Assembly: GCA_963845565.1 (NCBI GenBank)
Contig: CAWJSJ010000002.1
Location: 2,048,001 to 2,112,000, forward strand
Length of the DNA stretch: 64,000 bases
Source: an uncultured Methylomirabilota bacterium
Lineage (GTDB): Bacteria; Methylomirabilota; Methylomirabilia; Methylomirabilales; 2-02-FULL-66-22
Direction of reading: 5' to 3'
Shown here: positions 39,921 to 52,170 of the stretch, in pieces
Layout: each line of letters opens with the position of its first letter
How positions within the stretch are numbered: position 1 is the stretch's first letter
The notes under the pieces: model-generated
Databases searched by the model: none
Told to the model about the DNA's origin: nothing
What the model saw: the letters and a program-made list of their open reading frames with translations, nothing else
Position numbers and translations under genes: made by a program

Positions 39921-40967
39921 CTACTTGATGCCGGTGAGCGGGCCGAGGATCTCCTTCCACTTGGCCCCGCAGCCGGGCATGCTGCGCTCGCACACGGCGG
40001 ACCACGCCGGGAAAGAGATCTTGGCCACCGCATCCGAGAGCAATTTCTGGTCGGCTTCCGTGACCGGAACTTCCTTCATCTTGAATTTGTTGACGGTCTT
40101 GCAGGGTTCCTTCCCGACATTGCAGCGCACCGCGTCGAGGAAGATCTCCTCGGAATAGGCCCAGATGTCCTTGTTCAGGCCGTCGATAGCGGTCTGGAGC
40201 TTCTTCTGGTTCTCGGCGCCCAGCTTCTGCCAGCTATTCAGGTTCATGATGTATCCGTTGAACCCGACCTGGAAGCCGATCGGCATGAAATACTCGGACA
40301 CCTCCGGCCAGCCGGCGGTGTTGGCGGAACTGGGACCGGTGATGGCGCACTCGACCACGCCCCGCGCCAGCGCCTGCTGCGTTTCGGAGAAGCCGACGGA
40401 AACCGGAATGGCGCCGAGGCTCTCGATGAACTGGGCCAGGCTCTGATCGTAGACGCGCACCTTCATGCCTTTGATATCGCGCAGTCCCTTGATCTCCTTC
40501 TTGCAGAAGAGAACCTGGGGTCCGAAGGGCCACAAGCCGAGCAGGCGGGAGTTGAACTTCTCCTGGATCACCTTGTCGAAGTGCGGAGAGTAAAGGTCGT
40601 ACACCTTACGCGCCATCTTGTAGTCGGGAACCAGGCCAACGATATCTTGACCGAGGAGGAACGGCTCGTCACGAGCGGCCTGCGCCGCGCGCAAGGAGAC
40701 GATGTCGAAGAGCCCGGTCTTCGACAGGCGGAGGGTTTCCTCGGATTTCTGACCGGTGACGTCGATGGGCTTGTAGTTCACCGTGGCCTGGATCCCGGTA
40801 TTCTTGGCGAAGTTCTCGAAGAACGGCTGCTCCTTGTTCTTCTGGATCAATCCGGTGGCGATAGGTTGTCCCAGAACATTGAGGGAGATTTCGCCGGCGA
40901 CGGCGGCGCCGGTCAGGACGCTTGCGCCCAGCAACAGAACGAGTGCGGTCCACAGCAGTCGCTTCAT
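39921..40967 (-). CDS. dctP: TRAP transporter substrate-binding protein
   Basis: Signal peptide; DIKGMKVRV and QALARGVVECAIT motifs; CAGGAGG SD. Confidence 0.92.
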   Translation of the reverse strand: MKRLLWTALVLLLGASVLTGAAVAGEISLNVLGQPIATGLIQKNKEQPFFENFAKNTGIQATVNYKPIDVTGQKSEETLRLSKTGLFDIVSLRAAQAARDEPFLLGQDIVGLVPDYKMARKVYDLYSPHFDKVIQEKFNSRLLGLWPFGPQVLFCKKEIKGLRDIKGMKVRVYDQSLAQFIESLGAIPVSVGFSETQQALARGVVECAITGPSSANTAGWPEVSEYFMPIGFQVGFNGYIMNLNSWQKLGAENQKKLQTAIDGLNKDIWAYSEEIFLDAVRCNVGKEPCKTVNKFKMKEVPVTEADQKLLSDAVAKISFPAWSAVCERSMPGCGAKWKEILGPLTGIK

Positions 40968-41114
40968 GGAGTGCCTCCTGTTGAAAAGAGTGGCGGGCCT
41001 GAAAAAGGGGAAACGCAAACGCGTCCCCGGAGTGCGACAGGGGTTTCGAGGTGCGGTGAAGCAGTGTGCAGGTCCGGTCCCATATGATGCGTACTCCGGA
41101 CGAAGGTTGAAGAG

Positions 41115-41155
41115 AGAATATGTAATATTGTATTATGTGTCAAGTATTATTTATT
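41115..41155 (-). promoter_or_regulatory. Island promoter/operator P3 (TRAP-DUF1116-puuE operon)
   Basis: Minus strand AATAAATAATAC TTGACA CATAATACAATATTACA TATTCT; 25 of 27 bases match P1. Confidence 0.8.
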
Positions 41156-41512
41156 GTATTCGAATCTTGGCTGAAGCAAATGGGCGTGATCGGCATCGAG
41201 CGCCGACGACGAGCCTGAAATCGATCGGCTTCCGTTCCGGGTCGACGGTCAGGTCGCATCTCGGCGCCGGCTTCTTCCGGCCAGGTTCTCGACGGCCGCT
41301 GGGTATCGAATAGAGCACTTGGCGAGTTTGGGTGGCGGGAATAACCGCCGCCGGGGTGGGTGGTCGAAGAAGGGTTTGCGACCGAGGGTCTATGACCAGC
41401 TAACTAACCGGCAATACGCCGTGCCCCGGGAAATGCGTTGCCCGGGCGCCGTTTCGTCTGTTAAGATGCGCTGTCGCGGATGGTCGCGACGCGAAAGGAT
41501 GGGTCGCCTCGA

Positions 41513-44404
<2,892 letters not shown>

Positions 44405-44456
44405 TGCGGACAGGACGTCGGCGCGGGCGACAGACGGGTCGGAATGGAGGCATGCC

Positions 44457-45299
44457 GTGAGCGAGCGCATACCGCCCAAGACGCTACTCACCGTTGCGGG
44501 AGTCCAGCTCGAGTGCGGTCCCGACCGGGATGCGAATTTCGCCAAGGCGCTCGGCCTGGTCCGGATCGCGGCGGACCGGGGGGCCCGGATCGTCTGCTTC
44601 GCCGAGTGCTTCGCCTGGCCCTGGTTTCCCCGCAAGGCGGCGGAGGAGCAGCGCAAGTTGGCGGTGCCGATCCCGGGCCCGTACACCGAGGCGCTGCAAC
44701 TCCTGGCGGAAGAGACCGGCGCCGTGCTGGTGGCCCCGATGTTCGAGACGGCCGACGATTCCGCCCACTACAACACGACGGCGGTCATCGACGCCAACGG
44801 CCACATCCTCGGTATCTATCGGAAGAATCACATCCCCGAGCTGACGAACTACCAGGAGCGGTTCTACTTCCGTCCGGGCAATCTCGGCTTCCCGGTGTTC
44901 AAGACGCGGTATGCGGTCATCGGCGTGCAGACCTGCTGGGACAACTTCTTCCCGGAAGGGGCGCGGGCGCTGGCCTTGAAGGGGGCGCAGCTCCTCTTCT
45001 GCCCCACGGCCTGCTCCAGCCCGGGGAGTGTCGCCAAGTGGGAGCGGGCGATCGTGGGCCACGCCGTCTACAACTCGGTGTATGCGTTCCGTGTGAACCG
45101 AATCGGGACCGAAGGGACGATGACGTTCTACGGGAAGAGCTTCTGCGTGGATCCCAACGGGGACTTCGTCACCGAGCCGAGCGGCGTCAACGAAGGCGTG
45201 GTGCTGGCAGACCTGGACCTGGAGCGGATTAAACTGACCCGCGACGACTGGACATTCTTCCACGATCGGCGGCCGGAGATCTACCAGGATCTGGCATGA
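44457..45299 (+). CDS. Carbon-nitrogen hydrolase (nitrilase superfamily, N-carbamoylase-like)
   Basis: Catalytic E-K-C triad in FAECF, YRKNHIP and TCWD; E.FYFRPGNLGFPVF and NRIG motifs. Confidence 0.9.
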   Translation: MSERIPPKTLLTVAGVQLECGPDRDANFAKALGLVRIAADRGARIVCFAECFAWPWFPRKAAEEQRKLAVPIPGPYTEALQLLAEETGAVLVAPMFETADDSAHYNTTAVIDANGHILGIYRKNHIPELTNYQERFYFRPGNLGFPVFKTRYAVIGVQTCWDNFFPEGARALALKGAQLLFCPTACSSPGSVAKWERAIVGHAVYNSVYAFRVNRIGTEGTMTFYGKSFCVDPNGDFVTEPSGVNEGVVLADLDLERIKLTRDDWTFFHDRRPEIYQDLA

Positions 45300-45736
45300 C
45301 GATCGATCGTGTGAGCGGATCGGCCTTTATCCTCCTCGGACTGTTCGTCATGTGGGAACGACGGGTCCTGCCCCTGGGGACCCACGGGCAACCTGGCCCC
45401 GGGTACCTGCCGCTCCTGCTGGCGATCTTGCTGGTCATCCTCGGCGGCCTCCTCGTCCTGCAGGGCAGGGGTGCCACGCCGCTCCGCACCGTCGTCTGGT
45501 CCGAGGCCCCTCACGCCCTCGCCATCCTCGCCTGCACCGCCTTCGCCACGGGCCTACTCGAACGTATTGGGTATCGGATCACCATGGTCCTCATCTTGGG
45601 TTTCCTGTTCGGCGTCATGGAGCGGCTCCGCCCCTGGCAAGCCGCGGTCTTGACCCTCGGCCTCTCTCTCGGCACGTTCTGGCTCTTCGATTCGCTCCTC
45701 CGGGTCCCCCTCCCCAGGGGCGGGTGGGGGTTCTGA
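45296..45736 (+). CDS. tctB: Tripartite tricarboxylate transporter TctB
   Basis: PGPGYLP and F..LLRVPLP motifs, 4-5 TM segments, upstream of tctA. Confidence 0.9.
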   Translation: MTIDRVSGSAFILLGLFVMWERRVLPLGTHGQPGPGYLPLLLAILLVILGGLLVLQGRGATPLRTVVWSEAPHALAILACTAFATGLLERIGYRITMVLILGFLFGVMERLRPWQAAVLTLGLSLGTFWLFDSLLRVPLPRGGWGF

Positions 45737-47262
45737 TGGACGTCAGTTTCCAGAACCTGATCCTGGGGTTCGCGACGGTTTTCACGCCGGCCAACATCTT
45801 CTACTCCCTGATCGGATGTCTGATCGGCACCATGGTCGGGGTCCTGCCGGGCGTGGGTCCCCTCGCCGGCATCAGTATGCTCCTGCCCACGACCTTCGGC
45901 CTGGATCCAACCTCCGCGATCATTCTCCTGGCCGGCATCTACTACGGGGCCATGTATGGCGGATCCACCACCTCCATCCTGATGCGCATACCCGGGGAAG
46001 CGGCCTCGGTGATGACCTGCATCGACGGCTACGCCATGTCCCAAAAGGGACGGGCGGGTGCCGCGCTGGCCATCTCGGCGATCGGCTCTTACGTCGCCGG
46101 CACCCTCAGCGTAGTAGGACTCATGTTCCTCGCGCCGCCGCTGGCCAGGTTCGCCCTCGGATTCGGCCCACCGGAGTACACCAGCCTGCTCCTCTGTGGC
46201 CTCGTCGTCCTGGCCTACATGACCGGCGGCTCGGTCGTGAAGAATCTGGCGATGGTCGTGCTCGGCCTGATGTTCGGGATGGTCGGCATCGACCAGATGT
46301 CGGGGTATTTTCGGTTCTCGTACGGGCTGGTGGCCCTGGGGGACGGAATCGGGGTCGTGCCCGTCGCCGTGGGACTCTTCGGCATCTCCGAGATCCTGGT
46401 GACCGCGGGGGCCCCTAAACAGCGCGAGGTCTTGAAGCCGAAGCTCCGCGACCTCCTCCCGACCACGGAGGAACTGCGGGATTCCGCGAAACCGATCCTG
46501 CGAGGGACCGTGCTGGGCTTTTTCATCGGCATCATTCCGGGCTCGGCCCACATCATCTCCACCTTCGTCTCGTACGCCATGGAGCGCCGGCTCTCGAAGC
46601 ACCCCGAGCGTTTCGGCAAGGGCGCCATCGAGGGAGTGGCCGGGCCCGAATCCGCCAACAACGCCGCCAGCGAGGGGGCCCTGGTTCCCATGCTGGCGCT
46701 CGGCGTTCCCACCGGACCGATCCCGGCCGTCCTCCTCGCCGCGCTGATGGTCCACGGCATCACCCCGGGGCCGTTGTTCATCAAGGAGCAGCCGGCGATC
46801 TTCTGGGGGCTGATCGCCAGCATGTACGTGGGGAATTTGGTGCTCCTCCTGCTCAACCTCCCCCTGGTGGGCATCTTCGTGAACTTCCTGCGGATTCCCT
46901 ATCGGATCCTCTATCCGACGATCCTTCTGTTCTGCATCGTGGGCGTCTACGCGGTCAACAGCAGCGTGGTGGACGTCGGCATCATGGCGGTCATGGGGCT
47001 CCTGGGCTACCTCCTGCGGAAACTGGACTTCGAGATCGCACCTATCGTTCTGGGGGTTGTCCTGGCCCCCATCCTCGAGTTCAGCTTCCGGCAGGCCCTG
47101 GCCATGTCCGACGGGCAGTACGCGATCTTCGTCGAGCGCCCCATCTCCGTCACCTTTCTTGCGGTCGGGCTGTTGATGATCCTGCTCGGCTTGAAGCCCC
47201 TGATCTGGAGGAAGGGAAAGGACTGGCGCGATCGGTTGACCCAGGCCGAAAAGAGCACCTAG
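45736..47262 (+). CDS. tctA: Tripartite tricarboxylate transporter TctA
   Basis: GVLPGVG, YYGAMYGGS, GVAGPESANNA motifs. Confidence 0.95.
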   Translation: MDVSFQNLILGFATVFTPANIFYSLIGCLIGTMVGVLPGVGPLAGISMLLPTTFGLDPTSAIILLAGIYYGAMYGGSTTSILMRIPGEAASVMTCIDGYAMSQKGRAGAALAISAIGSYVAGTLSVVGLMFLAPPLARFALGFGPPEYTSLLLCGLVVLAYMTGGSVVKNLAMVVLGLMFGMVGIDQMSGYFRFSYGLVALGDGIGVVPVAVGLFGISEILVTAGAPKQREVLKPKLRDLLPTTEELRDSAKPILRGTVLGFFIGIIPGSAHIISTFVSYAMERRLSKHPERFGKGAIEGVAGPESANNAASEGALVPMLALGVPTGPIPAVLLAALMVHGITPGPLFIKEQPAIFWGLIASMYVGNLVLLLLNLPLVGIFVNFLRIPYRILYPTILLFCIVGVYAVNSSVVDVGIMAVMGLLGYLLRKLDFEIAPIVLGVVLAPILEFSFRQALAMSDGQYAIFVERPISVTFLAVGLLMILLGLKPLIWRKGKDWRDRLTQAEKST

Positions 47263-47453
47263 CAGGATGCTGAAAAACCCGTTTTTGCGCAGGCTGCTCA
47301 AAAAGGCCCAGGTGCAAGGCGGCGCGTAAAGGGCGGGGTACCCACCGAAGGTGGGTCAAGGCGTACGTCCGGTACGCCGCAGCGAGTGCCCGAGCAAGCG
47401 GGGTACCCGGCCGCAGGCTGGGTCCCCGCAAATGGGCCTTTTTCAGGAGCCTG
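47263..47453. mobile_element. MITE family C with two nested GGGTACCC hairpins
   Basis: Starts right after the tctA TAG and is followed by TTAG; TIRs as in 12166-12290. Confidence 0.85.
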
Positions 47454-47535
47454 TTAGAGGACCGGGGCGGCGACGGCGGGCGACAGATGCCCGGCGCCGC
47501 GTCCGATGAGTGGGCCCGTACAACAGGAGGGGACC

Positions 47536-48528
47536 ATGAAAGCCTTGCGAATGCTTCTTTTGGTAATGGTGGTGGCGTGCGTGGTGGGGAGCCCGCTCCC
47601 GGGGCGCGCCCTGGCGGCAGAGGAGCCGTATCCGACCCGGCCGATCCAGATCATCGTTCCCTTCCCGCCGGGCGGGGTCGCCGACCTGGTGGCCCGGCCC
47701 TTCGCCACGGCGCTGGAGAAACACCTCAAACAGCCGGTGGTGGTCGTCAACAAGACCGGCGCCGGTGGCGCCGTGGGGATGCAGGCCGCCGCCGTCTCCA
47801 AGCCGGATGGGTACACCCTGATGGTGGCCCTCTCCAGCATCTCCGTGATGCCAGAGGTGGACGCCCTCTTCGGCCGCCCGTCCACCTACAAGCTGAAGGA
47901 CTTTGCCCCCATCGGACTTCTGACCGCCGACCCCACCATCCTGGTGATCAAGAACGAGGCCCCCTGGAAGAGCGTGGCGGACTTCGTGGCCGACGCCAAG
48001 AAGCGCCCCAACGAGATCAAGTACAGCTCGTCGGGGGTTTACGGGACCATGCACGTGGCCATGGAGATGTTTGCCCACGCCGCCGGCATCAAGCTGCGCC
48101 ACATTCCCACCGGTGGGGGTGGGCCGGCGGTGACCTCGCTCCTGGGCGGCCACGTGGACTGCCTGTCGGGGGGCCCCAACGTGTCCATCCCCCACATCAA
48201 GGCGGGCACCCTGCGGGTCCTGGCCAACTGGGGGGACAAGCGGCTGGCCGCGCTACCCGACACCCCCACCATGAAGGAGCTCGGTTTCAAGGATGTGGAG
48301 TTCCTGATCTGGTCCGGGTTCTTCGCCCCGGTGGCCACGCCGCCTGCCGCCATCAAGGTCCTGCGCGAGGCCACGGCCAAGGCGGTCCAGGCCCCCGAGT
48401 TCAAGGCGGCCATGGAGAAGATGGACACGCCGATCTATTACCTGGACGCGCCGGAGTTTCAGAAGTTCTGGGACGCCGACGCGGAGCGGTTGATCAAGGC
48501 CGTCCGGAACATCGGCAAGGTCCAGTAA
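47536..48528 (+). CDS. tctC: Tripartite tricarboxylate transporter substrate-binding protein (TctC/Bug)
   Basis: YP.RPIQIIVPFPPGG, VVNKTGAGG, KPDGYTL and LPDTPTMKELG motifs. Confidence 0.95.
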   Translation: MKALRMLLLVMVVACVVGSPLPGRALAAEEPYPTRPIQIIVPFPPGGVADLVARPFATALEKHLKQPVVVVNKTGAGGAVGMQAAAVSKPDGYTLMVALSSISVMPEVDALFGRPSTYKLKDFAPIGLLTADPTILVIKNEAPWKSVADFVADAKKRPNEIKYSSSGVYGTMHVAMEMFAHAAGIKLRHIPTGGGGPAVTSLLGGHVDCLSGGPNVSIPHIKAGTLRVLANWGDKRLAALPDTPTMKELGFKDVEFLIWSGFFAPVATPPAAIKVLREATAKAVQAPEFKAAMEKMDTPIYYLDAPEFQKFWDADAERLIKAVRNIGKVQ

Positions 48529-48599
48529 TTCGCGCGACGGGTTTCGGAGGCGGCCGGGGGACTCAGGCCTCCTCCTCGCTGTCCGAGCGGTGGCAACCA

Positions 48600-48634
48600 A
48601 CGGACGGGGAGCCGACGGCTCCCCGTCCGTTTTC
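48600..48634 (+). terminator. Rho-independent terminator
   Basis: ACGGACGGGGAGCC gac GGCTCCCCGTCCGT then TTT. Confidence 0.75.
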
Positions 48635-48642
48635 GAAAGGTA

Positions 48643-48768
48643 AGCATTCAGCATTCAGCGGTCAGCGTTCAGCAAGAACACCCGGCTGCGATCCCGGCGG
48701 AAGGTGCGCACGAAGTCGCCTCGGGTTCCGTTTTTCGACCGAACGCTGACCGCTGACGGCTGAACGCT
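48643..48768. repeat. Inverted pair of heptamer arrays
   Basis: AGCATTC AGCATTC AGCGGTC AGCGTTC AGC ... GCTGACC GCTGACG GCTGAAC GCT. Confidence 0.7.
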
Positions 48769-48786
48769 TGCTTCGAAGGAGCGGGT

Positions 48787-49680
48787 ATGCAACGGATCGG
48801 GTTTGTCGGAATCGGCTTGATGGGACAGCAGATGTCGCGGCGCCTGCTGGCGGCGGGGTTTCCGGTGGTGGTCTGGAACCGCACCAAGGCGAGGGCAGCC
48901 GATTTGCTGGCGGCGGGGGCGGCCTGGGGAGAGTCCCCGCGCGCAGTGACGGAGGCTTCGGATGTCGTGATCGTCATGGTGACCGATTCGGCCGCCTCGG
49001 AAGCGGTGATCGCCGGGCCGGAGGGAGTGCTGGCGGGCGCCCATCCGGGACTCACGCTGATCGACATGGGGAGCGTGGCGCCCGAAACCTCCCGGGCGAT
49101 GGCGGAGCGGGCCCGGGCCAAGGGGGTGCCGATGCTGGACGCGCCGGTCACCGGCAACCCCAAGGTGGCTTCCGAGGGCAAGCTGGGAATCATGGTGGGG
49201 GGGCCGCAGGCGACGTTCGACGCCTGCCTGCCGATCTTCCAGGCCATGGGCGTGAAGATCATCCATGTCGGAGAGAACGGAAAGGGAACCACGCTCAAGC
49301 TGATCAACAACCTGATCATGGGGGTAGCGATCCAGGCGGTGGCCGAGGCTCTCGTCCTGGCCCAGAAGGCCGGGATCGACCCGGTGAAGGTCCAGGAGAT
49401 CACCTCGGTAGGCGGCGCCCGGACCGGCGCCATGGAGACCCGCGGGCGGCGGATGATCACCCACGATTTCTCGCCCCACTTTTCCGCCAACAACATGTAC
49501 AAGGATCTTTCCACCGCCCTCAAGCTGGCTGACGAGGTGGGGGTCTCCCTCCCGGCGACGAGCATCGCCCGGGAGATGCTGCGGGCGGTGAAGAGCCAGG
49601 GGAAGGGCGAGCTGGATTCCTGCGCCGTCCTGACCGTGATCGAGGCGCTGGCGAATACCGTGGTGGAGAGTCGGGGCTAA
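48787..49680 (+). CDS. Beta-hydroxyacid dehydrogenase (tartronate semialdehyde reductase GarR/GlxR-like)
   Basis: IGFVGIGLMG, LDAPVTG, KLINN and MYKDL motifs. Confidence 0.9.
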   Translation: MQRIGFVGIGLMGQQMSRRLLAAGFPVVVWNRTKARAADLLAAGAAWGESPRAVTEASDVVIVMVTDSAASEAVIAGPEGVLAGAHPGLTLIDMGSVAPETSRAMAERARAKGVPMLDAPVTGNPKVASEGKLGIMVGGPQATFDACLPIFQAMGVKIIHVGENGKGTTLKLINNLIMGVAIQAVAEALVLAQKAGIDPVKVQEITSVGGARTGAMETRGRRMITHDFSPHFSANNMYKDLSTALKLADEVGVSLPATSIAREMLRAVKSQGKGELDSCAVLTVIEALANTVVESRG

Positions 49681-49990
49681 GTGCTTCTGCCCGCAATTAC
49701 GGTGACGTATCGCCGGTCCCCCGGACCGACCCTCGGACGCCTGGCGCCTGCACCCTTCCCTGCGGGTGGGTACCCGATGCCGGCTCGCCCTTACCCCGGG
49801 TCGGTCCGCTCAGACGCGGCCCTCCGTACCGGGGACGGCTCGCCGGGTACCCATGCGGAGCATGGGTGTGGCGCGGCGTCTCGGGTCGGCCCGGGGGACC
49901 TGGACTTATGCGGCCACCGTATACGTCATCGAATTTATGTCCGCGTGTACTAAGCCGTTGTCAAAGAATAACGTGACCGGAGAAATTCCG
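49681..49990. mobile_element. MITE family B (49681-49950) with TAA duplication, followed by a family-A left end
   Basis: TAA(stop)-GTGCTTCTGCCCGC...CGCGTGTAC-TAA-GCCGTTGTCAAAGAATA; homologous to 2237-2484. Confidence 0.85.
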
Positions 49991-50024
49991 GTGGGGACCT
50001 TGACGAGAAAGGAGACCGCGGGAG

Positions 50025-51209
50025 ATGTTTCAGACCATCGAGTTCAGAACACCGGCCGTCCTCTTCGGCCTGGAGACCATTGCCCGGATCGGTAAGGAAG
50101 CCAAGCGACTGGGCGGCCATCGCGTCCTCATCGTGACGGGACCGCGCGTGAACGCCGCGGGACTGCTGGAGAAGCCCCTCGCGAGCCTGAAGGCCGAGAA
50201 GCTCGAGGTGGACGTCATTGTCGAGGAGCGGGACACACCCGAGCCGGCCACGAGCGTGGTGGAGGAGGTGGCCGACTTCGCCCGGAAGGGCGCCTTCGAC
50301 GTCATCGTCGGCATCGGCGGAGGCAGCATCCTGGACGTGGCCAAGATGGCTTCGGCGCTCCTCACCAACCCCGGGAAGACCCGGGACTATTTCGGGAAGG
50401 AGAAGGTCCCGCAGCGGGGCAGGCCGACCATCATCGTGCCAACGACCTCCGGAACCGGGGCCGAGGTGACCAAGCACGCGATCTTCCTGGACCGCGAGGC
50501 CAATGTGAAGAAGGCGGTGGCCTCGACGAACCTGCTGCCGGACGTGGCCATCATCGATCCGATGCTCTCCGTGAGCTGTCCCTCTCGGGTGACGGCGGCC
50601 GCCGGGATCGACGCCTTCTTCCATGCCGTGGAGCCGTTCTTGTCGCGGATGGCCAACCCCATCACCGACGCGCTTGCCCTGAAAGCCATCTCCATCATCA
50701 CCCAGTGGCTGGGGCCGGCCGTGGCGGACGGCGAGAACATTACAGCTCGCTACCACATGGCCCTGGGAAGCGTCACGGCGGGCTTCGTCCTCAACAACTC
50801 GGGCACCAGCCTGGTCCACGCGATGGCGTACCCGGTGGGCGGCGAATACCACACCCCGCACGGGATCACCTTGACGGTCCTGGCCCTGGCCTGCTTCGAC
50901 GCCATCAAGGTGGCAAAGCAGGACCGGCTGGTGCAGATCGCCGAGGCGATGGGCGAGCCCGTGACGGGCCTCGCGGCGCGCGAGGCCGCGGACCGGGCGC
51001 TCCTGGCCATTCGCCACCTGATGAAGAGCGTGGACCTCCCCGTCTGTCTGGAGGAGGCCGGCATCACGGATCGCTCCCGGATTCCCGTCTGGGCGGTGGA
51101 GGCCCACAAGGAGCAGCGCCTCCTGTCGCGGTCCGCACGCATCCTGTCGGTGGAAGATATCTCCAAGATCTACGCGAAGGCGTTCACCGACTGGGGGCAA
51201 GGGCGGTAA
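50025..51209 (+). CDS. Iron-containing alcohol dehydrogenase
   Basis: GIGGGSILDVAK, PTTSGTGAEVT, GIDAFFHAVE and HAMAYP...HG motifs. Confidence 0.93.
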   Translation: MFQTIEFRTPAVLFGLETIARIGKEAKRLGGHRVLIVTGPRVNAAGLLEKPLASLKAEKLEVDVIVEERDTPEPATSVVEEVADFARKGAFDVIVGIGGGSILDVAKMASALLTNPGKTRDYFGKEKVPQRGRPTIIVPTTSGTGAEVTKHAIFLDREANVKKAVASTNLLPDVAIIDPMLSVSCPSRVTAAAGIDAFFHAVEPFLSRMANPITDALALKAISIITQWLGPAVADGENITARYHMALGSVTAGFVLNNSGTSLVHAMAYPVGGEYHTPHGITLTVLALACFDAIKVAKQDRLVQIAEAMGEPVTGLAAREAADRALLAIRHLMKSVDLPVCLEEAGITDRSRIPVWAVEAHKEQRLLSRSARILSVEDISKIYAKAFTDWGQGR

Positions 51210-51232
51210 CGGGGCAGGAGGGGGAAAAGAAA

Positions 51233-51274
51233 GAACGACGCGGCCGGCCCCGGATGGGGCCGGCCGCGTCGTTT
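51233..51274. terminator. Probable bidirectional terminator
   Basis: AACGACGCGGCCGGCCCC..GGGGCCGGCCGCGTCGTT with an A-rich left flank and a T-rich right flank. Confidence 0.75.
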
Positions 51275-51305
51275 GCTGATCGCTGACCGCCTACTTCTTC
51301 ACACC

Positions 51306-52062
51306 GTGGCGGCTTTCTGGACAACCACAAGATCGGGCTGTCGTACATCAGCTCCATGATCCTCCTCATCGATCCGCGCACGGCCAGTTCCGGGCGGCCA
51401 TGGACGGCGCGCTCATCACCAACCTGCGCACCGGGGCCCAGTCGGCGGTGGCCCTGAAGTACATCCACACGGGACCGTCCATTCGCCTCGGCCTCTTCGG
51501 TGCCGGGGCCAGGGGCGGACACAGACCCGGGCGGTCGCCGAAGTGTTTGCCATCCAGACTCTCACGGTATACGACATCCGGCGCGAGGCGGCCGAGCGCT
51601 TCGCCGACGAGATCCGCCCGGTGGTAAAAGGGAAGATCGTGATCGCCCGCTCACCCGAAGAGGTGATGGACAGCGACGCGACCATCTGCGTCACGCAGTC
51701 GAAGGAGAAGTTCGTCAGGGAGTCGTGGTGGAAGCCCGGAACGGCCCTCTTCCCTATGGGGTCCTATCAGGAATGCGAGGATGCCTGCATCCTCAAGGCC
51801 GACAAGATCATCGTGGATCACATCGGGCAATGTCTGCATCGGGGGGCCTGAAGGAGCTGAACGAGGCGGGCAAGATCTCGGAGCGGAACATCACCGCCAC
51901 CATCGGAGAGGTCGTCGCCGGGAAGAAGCCCGGCCGCACCTCCCCGACCGAGCGTCTGCTCTGCATCCCGATTGGCACGGGGGCATGGATATCGCCGTGG
52001 CCACCGTCGCCTTGCAGCGGGCTGGCGAAAAAGGGCTGGGCGGAACATTCCCCTTTGTGTAA
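51306..52062 (+). pseudogene. 5'-truncated, multiply frameshifted ornithine cyclodeaminase/mu-crystallin family gene
   Basis: GGFLDNHKIGL, MDGALITNLRTGA, GLFGAG, IIVDHIGQC, TIGEVVAGKKPGR and PIGTG..DIAVA segments in changing frames; no N-terminus. Confidence 0.8.
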
Positions 52063-52170
52063 CTGTCCCCTCCGTACCGATCCCGCAGGTGGCGCGAGAT
52101 CGCAGAGCACTCGAGCCGTACGGCGTAACGGGAGCACGGCATTCCTCTCGCAGGAAAGGAGGTTGACACC

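Noticed and set aside
49681..49953. Small ORFs within MITEs (also 2177..2608 and the 20283 N-terminal extension)
   Set aside because: They are translations of repeated non-coding elements and have no transposase features.
51845..51855. In-frame TGA as selenocysteine in the cyclodeaminase fragment
   Set aside because: Homology continues in another frame (LKELNEAG) after a G-run, so this is an indel rather than recoding.
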